NCBI GenBank assembly: GCA_934162365.1
Contig: CAKPIK010000001.1
Location: forward strand, 170,877 to 234,876
DNA length: 64,000 nt
From: an uncultured Clostridia bacterium
Lineage (GTDB): Bacteria; Bacillota; Clostridia; TANB77; CAG-508
Reading direction: 5' to 3'
Positions 1-10,270 of the stretch are shown in pieces. A program made the position numbers and the translations under genes. How positions within the stretch are numbered: position 1 is the stretch's first letter; every line of letters starts with the position of its first letter. Under the pieces are notes generated by a model. It saw only the letters and a program-made list of their open reading frames with translations. It searched no databases and was not told the DNA's origin.

Positions 1-634
1 AGAAAAACATTGTAAATGCAAAACAAATAGGTGTTACATATACGGTCATAGGAATAATGTTAAAAGTACCAAGTATATTAACTACAATTGGTATTAAAGC
101 ACCAAATACTATTAATAAAGATTGTTTTGAAAAGAAACCTGCGTTTTTAACTGAGTATTTCAACAATATTCCAAGAGCGATTGCGAAAATTAAGTAAGTG
201 TATAAAATATGTACTATAGCATATGGACCAGTAACTGTTTCATTTAAGGATATTGAATAAACTTCATAAAATAAATGATGATAGTTATTAGTAAATATCA
301 TAATAGTAGATATTATTGGAATAATTAATAAAAATAAATATTTATAATTAGCTTCTATTTTTGTTTTAGAAAAACATAAAGCAAGTAGTAAAAACATAAA
401 TGGTAATGGTTGCGCACCAAAAGATGCGAACATTTCAAATATTAGAGGGTCTACATTAGTTTTTTGAAACAATATTTGTAAAATTAGACATAAGGTCCAG
501 ATAAACATAAATAACAGTAAATTTAAGAAAATTTTTTTAATCTGTCCCTTTTTTTGCTTTTTTAGTACTGTGAATAATATAAAAATTAATATTTCTATAA
601 AAATCATAGTATATAAATAAACTAAATTTTTCAA
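1..634 (-). CDS. partial polytopic membrane protein (C-terminal part runs off the window). Possible membrane sensor domain, function unknown.
   Basis: Minus-strand ORF starts at TTG a few nt after GGAGGA, immediately downstream of the NRPS stop. Translation (LKNLVYLYTMIFIEILIFILF...YHHLFYEVYSISL...) shows multiple hydrophobic helices. It is absent from the ORF track because it is open at the window edge. Confidence 0.4.
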   Translation of the reverse strand, partial: MKNLVYLYTMIFIEILIFILFTVLKKQKKGQIKKIFLNLLLFMFIWTLCLILQILFQKTNVDPLIFEMFASFGAQPLPFMFLLLALCFSKTKIEANYKYLFLLIIPIISTIMIFTNNYHHLFYEVYSISLNETVTGPYAIVHILYTYLIFAIALGILLKYSVKNAGFFSKQSLLIVFGALIPIVVNILGTFNIIPMTVYVTPICFAFTMFF

Positions 635-637
635 AAT

Positions 638-3600
638 TTATTCCTCCTTAAAAAAATTAATTTTGTATAGATATTTTATATATTTTTTAATATATTTTTC
701 ATCAATTTTAGGCCATATAAATCCTAAATGATATAAGTAAGCTCTAGAGAATTCAGAAAGTATATGTATATTAGAAGTATAATATAATTTATTATCTTCA
801 GTTAAATCATTAATAATTCCATCAAGAACATTTATATTGGCAGAAGTTTTTTCTTTTATTAAATTAGAAAAATCATTTTCATTAATAATACTGCAGTCTA
901 TATTTAAATCATTAATAATGCGTATAAAGTCTTTTACATAAACATGATTATTATCATAAATATGAAATACACTAAAATCACTTATGTAATTTTGAATTAT
1001 TAAAATAATTGCATCAGAACAAATATCGACAGGTGTAAATTCTATATAAGAAGATATTAAGGTTTCTGGAATATATTTAAGCATTATTAAAGATCTGAGT
1101 TTATTAGCAAAAGCATTTTCGTTAGGATTAATCTGAAACTTTCCATCAGATAATCTACTTGTTATATTTCCTAATCTTAAAATTTGAGCATCAAGAGAAT
1201 TAGATGCAATATTTTCTAAAACTAATTTTTCTGCTTCAAATTTACTTTTTATATAAACATTATCTAACTTTTGCCCTATATAAAGGTTTGTTTCAGAAAA
1301 ATACATATCTTCACTTAATGGATTAAAAGAAGTATTGTTATGTAAAACATCATTGCCAGAAACACTTAAAGATGAAATATATATAAATCTCTTTTTAAAT
1401 GATTTACAGAATTGTATAGCAATTTTAGTAGAACCAATATTAGTTTCATTAAACAAAGATTCCTTACCATAGTGTTTTACTAATGCGGCAGCATTAATAA
1501 CAATATCAATGTTTTTAGAAAGCATATTAATATTTGTTTTAGATAATTCAAAATCTTCTTTTAATATATTTCCTTTTAATATAAAAATTCTTTTATTTAT
1601 ATATTTGTCTAATTTGCTTCCAAAGTAAAAATGTAGTGTATCTATAAATCTTTGGTTGGCAGATTCTTTATTTTTGTCTCTTACAATACAATAAATATTT
1701 CCTTTATCTTTCTTTATAAAGCTATCTATTATATGCATTCCAACAAATCCATTGGCACCAAGTAATAAAATATTATTATTTTTATTTTGGGTAATATTGT
1801 GTAAATTTCTTATGTTATTATTTTCTAATACTTTATTTATTTTTGAGTAATTATAGTTATCGATATCCTTTTCTTTACTAAAGAAAGTTTCAGAACAAAA
1901 GTCTCTAATTATAGGATATTTAAAAATATTCGAATAAGAAATATTTATATTGTTTGATAACATTTTGGTTTTAAACTTTATAGCTAATAATGAATCAGCA
2001 CCCAATTCAAAAACATCATCTAAAGGAGAAACTTCAGTTTTTAATAATTCTGACCATATCTTACAACATGTTTTTTCTTTATTATTCTTGTATTCAACAA
2101 TTGTTCTATCTTCAAAAATATTTTCATTATAAGATTGTAATTTAATCTTATCAGCTTTTCCATTACTATTCATAGGAATAGAGTTAATTTGAGTAATATA
2201 TTTTGGTATCATATACAAAGGAAGATAATTTTTTAGATAATTTTTTAATTCTTTTGTATTTATATTGTGTTTAGAAACGATAAAAGCAGATAAGTATTCA
2301 TTATCTTTACATATCACGCAACAATTATCAATATTATCAAAAGATAATATATTTGTTTCTATTTCTGATAATTCAATTCTTAGACCTCTTAATTTTATTT
2401 GTTTATCAGACCTTCCAATATAATTAATGTCCAAATTATTATCCAAATAAGCAATGTCACCGCTTCTATAACAAATATTATTAAAATATTTGTTTGAAAC
2501 AAAACTACTATTGGTTAAATTTTTGTTATTAATATATCCATAAGATACACCTACACCACAAATACATAATTCGCCAGGGACACCAATAGGACATAATCCA
2601 AAATCTTTATTTAAAATTAAAATTTTGGTATTGCAAATTGGTTTTCCTATATTAATGTTGTTTTTGTTTGTAACTTCCTTTACTGTACAGCAAGCAGTAA
2701 TTTCTGAAGGACCATAAGCATTATATATTGTAGCAGACGAAACATTATTTATTTGTTGTACAATATTGCTTGTAAGTATTTCTCCACCTAATTGAATTAC
2801 AGATAATGAACTTAAAAAAGTATCACAACAATCTAAAACTAATTTTAATTTTAGAGGAGTTGATAAAATAAAGTTAATTTCATAAGTTTTTATTAAATTA
2901 CAAATGGCAGTTGGTGTATTTTTTTCTTCTTCACTTGCAAGAATAATCTTTTTTCCATTTAAAAGAGGTACATATGTTTCAACTTGAAACATGTCAAAAG
3001 ACACAGAGCTATATGATAAAAAATTATTACAAGCATCAATATTCATATATAATTTATGAGCTAATACAACATTAATCATTCCAGCATTATGAAGCATTAT
3101 ACCTTTAGGAGTACCAGTAGAGCCAGAAGTATATAATAATGTAAAGATATCAGAAGCATTTGATGATATATTTAAATTTTCCCCATGATATAATTTGGGA
3201 GAAAAGTCCTCTAAATATATAGTATTTTTAAAGGTAACATTAGTTTTTTTATCAGTTATAAGAGCACAAGAATTGGAATTAGTTAGCATATATTCAATTC
3301 TTCCGCTAGGCAAAGAAGTATCGATAAGCATGTATGAAGCTCCAATTTTTAAAGTTGCAAGCATAGATACAATAGTGTTTATTGAACGTGGTAATAAAAT
3401 GGCTAAGTTTGAACCTGAAGAGATATTGTTATTTATTAAGAACCTTGCCAATTGATTAGCCTTTTCATTTAATTCTTTGTATGTTAATTGTTGACCTTCA
3501 AAAACCACAGCAATGTTGTTAGGAACTTTTTGTACTTGCTCTTCAAATAACTCTATTATTGTTTTATTTTTTGGATAATCTATTTTAGTATCATTAAATT

Positions 3601-6600
3601 GATACAATATTTGATCTCTTTCTCCTTCTGATAACATATCAATATCTGCTATTTTAATGTTGTTATTTTTTAAAATGATATTTAAGATATTTGTATAATG
3701 TGAAGAAAATCTTTTTATAAAATCCTCATTAAATAATTTTGTACAATATTCAAAACGTAATAAATATTCTCCATCATTTGGAACAACTTCTAAAGTTAAA
3801 TCAAATTTAGACGTAGTAGTTTTTGGAATATAATATTTAGCATTAATACCATTTATATTTAATTGTGGATAACCTTCATTTTGGTATACGAAAACAGTAT
3901 CAAACAAAGGATTTCTACTTGGATCTCTCTTAATTTTTAAATCTTTAACAAGCATATCAAAAGGATAACTTTGATTTTTAAAGTATTCCAAACAACTTTC
4001 TTTTATATTTTTACTAAATTCTTCAAAAGACAAATTGTGATCTACATTATTTCTCAAGGCCAAAGTATTAACGAACATTCCTAAAACATTAGAAAGTTCA
4101 GGTAATTCTCTACCAACAATTGGACTACCAACTACTATATCATCTTGGGCAGTATATTTATATAATAATATGTAATAGCAAGATAACATTAACATATAAG
4201 GAGTTATATTTAATGTTTTTGCAACAGATAATATTTTATTAAACATTTCTTTTGATAAATTTACCCTAAAGTCTTTTCCTTCGAAACTTTGCATAGAAGG
4301 TCTAGGATATGTTGTAGGCATATTTAATAAAGGTATTTCTTTCTTAAATTTGTTTACCCAAAATTCTTTCTTTTTATTAAACTCTTCTGTTTTAAATTGC
4401 TCTTCTTCCCATATACAGAAATCTGTATAATCAATATTCTTAGAAGGCAATGTTTCCTCGTTATATAAAGAACATAATTCTTGCATGAATATTTTTAATG
4501 ATATACCATCGCTAATTATGTGATGCATATCTAATAAAAGTAACATTTGACCATTTGATAAATTTACAGCTTTTGCTCTGAATAGAGGAGCTCTTGATAA
4601 ATCAAAAGGTTTTACAAAATCTTTATAGATTTTGTCTGTATTTTCATTACTTAATTCTTCAATTTTTAAATTGAAGTCTATATTATCATCTACAATTTGA
4701 ACAATCTTGCCGTCAATTAAATTAAAATGTGTACGTAATGCATCGTGTCTTTTTATTAAAATATTAAAACATTTTTCTAATTTAGATATGTCTAATGTTT
4801 TATCAGTTATAATTCCACCGGCAGTATTATATGAAATTGAATTGATATCTAAATTAGCAGCATAATAAATACCATCTTGAGAAGCAGATAATGGATATAA
4901 ATGCCTTTTATCATGCTTAGATATAATTTTTATACTAGAATTTTTTAAATTAAAGATATAATCAGATAAATCCATAATAATAGGATTATTAAATATATCT
5001 TGTACAGTTATAGCTTGCTTTAATAAGCTTGTTAATTTAGTTGCCAAAGATATTGCTGAAAGTGAATCTCCACCAATATCAAAAAATGAACTTGTTATGC
5101 TAATGCTAGATAAACCTAAAATTTCCTTTAAACATAATATTATTGTATTGTCAATTTCATTTCTAGGGGTAATTATATTTATATTTTCTGAGTCAAGTTC
5201 AGGTAAAGGCAATAATTTTCTATCTACTTTACCATTTATATTTAATGGTAGTTTTTCAAGAGTTATAATGTGTGTTGGTATCATATAATTAGCTAGAGTT
5301 TTTGATAAATATTTTTTTAGATTAATAATATTAACTGGTTCATCTGAAACTATATATGAGCATATAGTTTTATTATTATTAATATTCTGAATAATTGATA
5401 TGGATTGTTTAACGTTTGGGTATGTTAAAATATTATTATCAATTTCGCTAAGTTCAATTCTGAATCCTCTAAGCTTTATTTGATTATCAATTCTGCCAAT
5501 AAATTCGATATTTCCATCTGGTAGCCATTTAACTAAATCACCAGTTTTATATATAGTTCCAGAGCCAAAAGGATTATTTATAAATTTTTCTTTTGTTAGT
5601 TCAGGATTATTTAAGTAGCCTTTTGCAACTCCATCTCCACCAACCCACAATTCACCTGGAACACCAATAGGGCATAATGAGCCGGAATTAGAAACAATAT
5701 ATGCTGTTGAGTTTGTTATTGGTTTTCCAATAGGAATGTGTGAATTATTATTGTCTATTTTATAACAAGTTGAATAAGATCCATTTTCAGTTGGACCATA
5801 ACAATTTATAATATTTATATTTGGACAACTATTCTTTATATTTCTAACACTTGAAGCGGATATTACATCTCCACCTGTAAGCAAATTTTTTAAATGGGAA
5901 AACATTTTTGGAGATTGCATACCAAATTCATTAAATAAACCAGTTGTTAAAAACAAAGTTGAAATGTCATTGTTTTTTAAGAATTCAGAGAAGTAATTAA
6001 TATTTAATAATTTGTTTTTTTCTAATATATATGTTTTAAAACCATTTAATAATGCTCCAAATATTTCAAAAATACAAGCATCAAAAACAATGGTACCTGT
6101 TTGTACCATATTTTCATTATTTTCAAAAGATAAAAAGTTAGGATATTTAGCTAATCTAATTATGTTTTTATGTTTTACCATAACTCCTTTTGGTTTTCCT
6201 GTTGATCCAGAAGTATACATTACATACATAACATCATCAACAGATAAATGAAGAGATATATTGGTATTATCTTTTGAGTATATATTTGAGTTATCTAAAT
6301 CTATATTTATATTGTTATAATTACATATTATATCATTATTAATTTTATTGGACTTAAGAATAAATTTGCATGAGGAATTTGATAATATGTAATTTAATCT
6401 TTCATCTGGATATTCTGTATCCAAAGGTAAAAATGCTGCGCCACTTTTTAATATGGCAAACATAGCAATAATAACTTCTAAAGACTTATTAAGAAAAAGT
6501 CCTATGATATTACCTTTTTTTACGCCTTTTTCAACCAAGTATCTTGCTAACTGATTTGCTTTTTCATTTAATTCTTTGTAAGTTAGTTTTTGATCTTCAA

Positions 6601-8032
6601 AAACAACAGCGATATTATCAGGCGTTTTTTCAACCTGTTCTTCAAATAAATCTACAATTGTTTTATCTTTTGGATAGTCTACATGTGTGTTATTAAAATC
6701 AAATAATATTTTATGCTTTTCTTCTGGAGTTACTATTTCAATATCTTTTAGTAAAATATTATTATTTTCTAAAATTTGATTTATCATATGCAAAATACGA
6801 GCATGTAAATCTGAAATATCTTGCTCGTTATATTTTGATATCCTGTAATCATAAGCTATTTGAATTGAATCATTTTCGTTCCATTCGAACATATGTATAT
6901 CCAAGTCATCTGCTATTGTTTTATTAAATGCCCAAGAAGTAACATGGTTTAAAGAATCTAAGTTATCGTTCATTTTGGTTATTTGATAAGAATAAAGAAC
7001 ATTATACAATTTTGGTAAATTTGGTTCTTTTTTTCTTAAATCTTCTATTAAGTATTGAAATGAATATTTTTGATGTCTTAATAAAGACATAGAATTTATT
7101 GCTATATCTTTTAAGTTCTCTAAAAATGTTTTTTCATGCGATAAGGTTATTTTTAAAGGTAATGTATTAATAAACATACCAGTTGTTTCTTTTTCTTTAT
7201 AATTTGTTCTATTTAGTATTGGTGTTCCTATAACAAATTCATCTAAATTAGATACTCTACCAAGGTATAGGGCAAAAATAGCCATGAAGAAATTATAAAG
7301 ACTAACTTTATTTTCAGTACAGAAACTTTTTAATTTTGAAAAAAGACCTGCATTAATATCTAAAAGAATACGATTAGCTGCAATATTATCTTCCTTTTCA
7401 GCGTTTTTGGTAGAAGGTATTGTTGCAACTTCTGGAATAGTAGTAAATAAATTATTCCAATATTCTTTATCTTTTTGAAATTTATTACTTTCAATATATT
7501 GTTTTTCTGAATTAATATACTCGATATAAGAAAGTGATTTGTCCTTTTCATATAATTCATTTTTCTTGATTTTTGAATAAATTAAAGCAACGTCATTTGC
7601 AACTATTCCGTTTGTCCAAGAATCAGAAATAATATGATGTGAATTTATAACAAAACCACCATGGTTATCTGGATATCTAAATAATACTATTTCAAATAAC
7701 AACGAATCAAGCATGGTAAATACTTTAGAAGCCATTTTTTCTTCTAAAGCAGATTGTTCATTTTTATCTTTTATATCAATTATTTCAAAGTCAATATCTT
7801 TTAATTCTGAAAAGTATTGGACTATTTTATCTTCTGTAAAATGAAGTTTAATTCTAAAGCTATCATTACTTTGTAAGAAAGTATTGAGAGCTTTTTTAAA
7901 AATTTTAAAATCAAGTATTTCATCACTATAAAAAGTACCACAAACGTTATTTATATTAGTATTTTTATAGTACTGCTCTGTAAGCCAAATAGACTTTTGA
8001 GGAGCAGTTAATTCATAATATTTTTTTTCCAT
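638..8032 (-). CDS. non-ribosomal peptide synthetase, two modules with terminal reductase: C(starter)-A-T-C-A-T-R
   Basis: 2464 aa ORF. There are two HHxxxD condensation motifs (HHIISDSWT, MHHIISDGIS) and two adenylation cores (LTYKELNEKANQLA, YTSGSTGKPKG / YTSGSTGTPKG, YKTGDL / YRSGDI, LRGFRIELSEI / LRGLRIELSEI). Two carrier-protein serine motifs are present (FFDIGGDSLSA, FELGADSLLA). The C-terminal NAD(P)-binding GxxGxxG (LLLGANGFVGMHIID) plus a YxxxK region is typical of thioester reductase domains. Confidence 0.9.
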   Translation of the reverse strand: MEKKYYELTAPQKSIWLTEQYYKNTNINNVCGTFYSDEILDFKIFKKALNTFLQSNDSFRIKLHFTEDKIVQYFSELKDIDFEIIDIKDKNEQSALEEKMASKVFTMLDSLLFEIVLFRYPDNHGGFVINSHHIISDSWTNGIVANDVALIYSKIKKNELYEKDKSLSYIEYINSEKQYIESNKFQKDKEYWNNLFTTIPEVATIPSTKNAEKEDNIAANRILLDINAGLFSKLKSFCTENKVSLYNFFMAIFALYLGRVSNLDEFVIGTPILNRTNYKEKETTGMFINTLPLKITLSHEKTFLENLKDIAINSMSLLRHQKYSFQYLIEDLRKKEPNLPKLYNVLYSYQITKMNDNLDSLNHVTSWAFNKTIADDLDIHMFEWNENDSIQIAYDYRISKYNEQDISDLHARILHMINQILENNNILLKDIEIVTPEEKHKILFDFNNTHVDYPKDKTIVDLFEEQVEKTPDNIAVVFEDQKLTYKELNEKANQLARYLVEKGVKKGNIIGLFLNKSLEVIIAMFAILKSGAAFLPLDTEYPDERLNYILSNSSCKFILKSNKINNDIICNYNNINIDLDNSNIYSKDNTNISLHLSVDDVMYVMYTSGSTGKPKGVMVKHKNIIRLAKYPNFLSFENNENMVQTGTIVFDACIFEIFGALLNGFKTYILEKNKLLNINYFSEFLKNNDISTLFLTTGLFNEFGMQSPKMFSHLKNLLTGGDVISASSVRNIKNSCPNINIINCYGPTENGSYSTCYKIDNNNSHIPIGKPITNSTAYIVSNSGSLCPIGVPGELWVGGDGVAKGYLNNPELTKEKFINNPFGSGTIYKTGDLVKWLPDGNIEFIGRIDNQIKLRGFRIELSEIDNNILTYPNVKQSISIIQNINNNKTICSYIVSDEPVNIINLKKYLSKTLANYMIPTHIITLEKLPLNINGKVDRKLLPLPELDSENINIITPRNEIDNTIILCLKEILGLSSISITSSFFDIGGDSLSAISLATKLTSLLKQAITVQDIFNNPIIMDLSDYIFNLKNSSIKIISKHDKRHLYPLSASQDGIYYAANLDINSISYNTAGGIITDKTLDISKLEKCFNILIKRHDALRTHFNLIDGKIVQIVDDNIDFNLKIEELSNENTDKIYKDFVKPFDLSRAPLFRAKAVNLSNGQMLLLLDMHHIISDGISLKIFMQELCSLYNEETLPSKNIDYTDFCIWEEEQFKTEEFNKKKEFWVNKFKKEIPLLNMPTTYPRPSMQSFEGKDFRVNLSKEMFNKILSVAKTLNITPYMLMLSCYYILLYKYTAQDDIVVGSPIVGRELPELSNVLGMFVNTLALRNNVDHNLSFEEFSKNIKESCLEYFKNQSYPFDMLVKDLKIKRDPSRNPLFDTVFVYQNEGYPQLNINGINAKYYIPKTTTSKFDLTLEVVPNDGEYLLRFEYCTKLFNEDFIKRFSSHYTNILNIILKNNNIKIADIDMLSEGERDQILYQFNDTKIDYPKNKTIIELFEEQVQKVPNNIAVVFEGQQLTYKELNEKANQLARFLINNNISSGSNLAILLPRSINTIVSMLATLKIGASYMLIDTSLPSGRIEYMLTNSNSCALITDKKTNVTFKNTIYLEDFSPKLYHGENLNISSNASDIFTLLYTSGSTGTPKGIMLHNAGMINVVLAHKLYMNIDACNNFLSYSSVSFDMFQVETYVPLLNGKKIILASEEEKNTPTAICNLIKTYEINFILSTPLKLKLVLDCCDTFLSSLSVIQLGGEILTSNIVQQINNVSSATIYNAYGPSEITACCTVKEVTNKNNINIGKPICNTKILILNKDFGLCPIGVPGELCICGVGVSYGYINNKNLTNSSFVSNKYFNNICYRSGDIAYLDNNLDINYIGRSDKQIKLRGLRIELSEIETNILSFDNIDNCCVICKDNEYLSAFIVSKHNINTKELKNYLKNYLPLYMIPKYITQINSIPMNSNGKADKIKLQSYNENIFEDRTIVEYKNNKEKTCCKIWSELLKTEVSPLDDVFELGADSLLAIKFKTKMLSNNINISYSNIFKYPIIRDFCSETFFSKEKDIDNYNYSKINKVLENNNIRNLHNITQNKNNNILLLGANGFVGMHIIDSFIKKDKGNIYCIVRDKNKESANQRFIDTLHFYFGSKLDKYINKRIFILKGNILKEDFELSKTNINMLSKNIDIVINAAALVKHYGKESLFNETNIGSTKIAIQFCKSFKKRFIYISSLSVSGNDVLHNNTSFNPLSEDMYFSETNLYIGQKLDNVYIKSKFEAEKLVLENIASNSLDAQILRLGNITSRLSDGKFQINPNENAFANKLRSLIMLKYIPETLISSYIEFTPVDICSDAIILIIQNYISDFSVFHIYDNNHVYVKDFIRIINDLNIDCSIINENDFSNLIKEKTSANINVLDGIINDLTEDNKLYYTSNIHILSEFSRAYLYHLGFIWPKIDEKYIKKYIKYLYKINFFKEE

Positions 8033-8244
8033 AATAGCGCCTCATTTCACTTTGTGCATTAATTATAATAGTACATGATAATTATATCGATACAAACCAC
8101 TAAAATAAACGATTTTTATTAATTTGTAACACAAAAAATATATTCATGTAATATATATGTAATATACCATAAAGTATATGCAAAAAATGTCGAAAGTAGC
8201 GATTTTATACAAAACTAAAAAAATATAATTTTTCAAAATATATA

Positions 8245-8273
8245 ATTGACAAGCAATAAAAAAAGTGGTATCA
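8245..8273 (+). promoter_or_regulatory. sigma-A-like promoter (TTGACA-17-TATCAT) upstream of tRNA-Arg
   Basis: TTGACA, a 17 nt spacer and TATCAT are read directly, about 30 nt upstream of the tRNA 5' end. Confidence 0.45.
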
Positions 8274-8302
8274 TTATATATGCGTTTAGAAAAACAACAT
8301 AT

Positions 8303-8379
<77 letters not shown>

Positions 8380-8380
8380 A

Positions 8381-8411
8381 GAAGTAGATAATTAAATCTG
8401 CTTCTTTTTTT
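8381..8411 (+). terminator. rho-independent terminator after tRNA-Arg
   Basis: Hairpin GAAGTAGAT / ATCTGCTTC followed by a T7 run. Confidence 0.5.
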
Positions 8412-8740
8412 ATTGTATACGAAATATCAAATATTTTTTATAAAAATAGCAGGAATTAGAATATATGGGGAGCTTAATTTTACAATATAGGGGGGACGTA
8501 AAATAAAGGGAGCTAATTCCTGCAAGATTAAAAACATGATTAATAAAACTAAATAAATTAGTTATTTAATATTTAAATATTCTTTTAATTTTTGGGATTG
8601 TTTTTGAATTATTTTTTTCCTGACAAGAATAAAAATAGAAAAAAATAAAATTAATTTGATTAAAAACATTTTGAATTCCTAAAATCTTTTGAAATAATAA
8701 AACAAATATATCATAAAAATTATAAAAGTCAAGAAAAATA

Positions 8741-9268
8741 TTACGACATAATTCGCCAAAAAATCACAGATGTAAGCATTCCAGCAAAATCAGCTAAAAG
8801 AGCGGCTATTAAAACAAAACGTGTTTTCTTTATTTTAACAGCACTTGTATATAATGCGATTGTGTAAAGGGTTGTTTCTGTTGAACCCATAATTGTGGAA
8901 GTCATAAGACCAATTAAAGAATCAACACCGAATTTAGACATAATATCAGTTGCAACAGCCATTGATGCACTTCCTGATATAGGTCTTAAAAGAGCAAGAG
9001 GAAGAATTTCTGGTGGAACTTTTAATAAATTAAGAACTGGAATTGTAAGTTTAGTAATAGCATCAATTACTCCTGATTCTCTAAGAACATTTATTGAAAG
9101 AAATAATCCTAGAAGAGTTGGAAAAATATTTACAATAATTTGTAACCCTTCTTTTGCACCCTCAACAAAAACATCAAAAACATATTGTTTTTCAATTAGA
9201 CCATAAATAACAATAATAAGTATTGTCCATGGAATTGCGATATTAGAAATATAGTTTATAATTGACAT
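8741..9268 (-). CDS. spmB: spore maturation protein B (nucleoside-transporter-like membrane protein)
   Basis: 175 aa hydrophobic protein sits directly downstream of the spmA-like gene with a 4 nt gap. The sequence is typical of SpmB-family proteins. Confidence 0.75.
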   Translation of the reverse strand: MSIINYISNIAIPWTILIIVIYGLIEKQYVFDVFVEGAKEGLQIIVNIFPTLLGLFLSINVLRESGVIDAITKLTIPVLNLLKVPPEILPLALLRPISGSASMAVATDIMSKFGVDSLIGLMTSTIMGSTETTLYTIALYTSAVKIKKTRFVLIAALLADFAGMLTSVIFWRIMS

Positions 9269-9272
9269 GCAA

Positions 9273-9857
9273 TCACATCCTTTTAATTAATATTTTTCCA
9301 GCAGTAATTGCGGTGGCAAAAGCAACAATTGTTGCAACCCAAACAGCAATTATAATTTTAGTTGGATTTTCAGAGCCTAAAGAATTTCTTATTGAAATAA
9401 CTGTTGTAGGAATTATTTGCAAAGAAGCTGTGTTTACAAGAATAAACATGGCCATTGAGTTACTTAATTTATCTTTATCTGGGTTTTCTTTCTGCATAGA
9501 TTCCATTGCTTTAAGTCCAAGAGGAGTTGAAGCATTTCCTAAACCTAATATATTTGCAACCATATTCATTGAAATTTCTTTGCTTATTTTTTTATTTTCT
9601 TTAATTTCAGGGAAAAGAAAGGAAATTAATGGTTTTAGAAATTTAGTAAGCTTTTCTATCATAGAAGTTTTTACAGCAATTTTCATAATTCCATTCCATA
9701 GGCAAAGCGTTCCAAGTAAACTTAAACAAAGTGTTACTGTTTGTTCAGCAGAATTAAAAACAGCATTACTTACATTTAGAACTTTTCCAGAATATATTGC
9801 GAAAACAAATGATATAATTATAAAAGTTGGCCATATTTTGTTTAGCATAAAAATCAC
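9273..9857 (-). CDS. spmA: spore maturation protein A (nucleoside recognition domain membrane protein)
   Basis: 194 aa hydrophobic protein (LGLGNASTPLGLKAMESMQ...) fits the SpmA / nucleoside-recognition (Gate) domain family. It forms an spmA-spmB operon arrangement. Confidence 0.75.
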   Translation of the reverse strand: MIFMLNKIWPTFIIISFVFAIYSGKVLNVSNAVFNSAEQTVTLCLSLLGTLCLWNGIMKIAVKTSMIEKLTKFLKPLISFLFPEIKENKKISKEISMNMVANILGLGNASTPLGLKAMESMQKENPDKDKLSNSMAMFILVNTASLQIIPTTVISIRNSLGSENPTKIIIAVWVATIVAFATAITAGKILIKRM

Positions 9858-9974
9858 CTATAAAAATGTATTCGACAAGGGGAAATATAATGATAAAATA
9901 ATTAAAGTTTGATATATTCTTATAAGAATTAATGAATATTTTTTATTTTTGTGGAATATAATACAATAAAAGTG

Positions 9975-10003
9975 TTGACAATTAGTTTTTACTGTATTAT
10001 AAT
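9975..10003 (+). promoter_or_regulatory. sigma-A-like promoter (TTGACA-17-TATAAT) for tRNA-fMet
   Basis: Perfect consensus -35 and -10 hexamers with a 17 nt spacer, 18 nt upstream of the tRNA 5' end. Confidence 0.5.
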
Positions 10004-10020
10004 AATTAATGTTCATATAT

Positions 10021-10096
10021 CGCGGGGTGGAGCAGTTGGCAGCTCGTCGGGCTCATAACCCGAAGGTCCCAGGTTCGAGTCCTGGCTCCGCAACCA
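10021..10096 (+). tRNA. tRNA-Met (CAT), initiator type (tRNA-fMet)
   Basis: 5' CGCGGGG with a C1:A72 mismatch. Anticodon stem has three consecutive G-C pairs (TCGGG-CTCATAA-CCCGA). T-arm GGTTCGAGTCC. Encoded CCA. Confidence 0.85.
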
Positions 10097-10106
10097 CGCC
10101 TAAGTC

Positions 10107-10150
10107 GCTAGAACCTTAAAGGTTTTAGCGATTTTTTATTTTTGCAAAAA
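10107..10150 (+). terminator. terminator hairpin after tRNA-fMet
   Basis: GTCGCTAGAACC-TTAAA-GGTTTTAGCGAT hairpin followed by TTTTTTATTTTTG. Confidence 0.45.
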
Positions 10151-10270
10151 TATCTAAAATCTAGCTATTTTTCATAAAATGGGGAGATTTTGGGGAGAAA
10201 TCGAACTCTTCATAACCTTCAAATACTATATATTTCAATAAATTTCTTAATTTTACTTTTTATCTTTTTT

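Noticed and set aside
1950-7560. Plus- and minus-strand short ORFs (1950-2132, 3195-3455, 5097-5288, 6012-6251, 7360-7560) inside the NRPS gene
   Set aside because: They are fully nested within a 7.4 kb gene with clear domain motifs in another frame. Low-complexity AT-rich translations with no RBS. Spurious.
8895-9912. Plus-strand ORFs 8895-9206 and 9262-9912 overlapping spmB/spmA on the opposite strand
   Set aside because: They are antisense to conserved SpmA/SpmB coding sequence. Translations are hydrophobic mirror artefacts.
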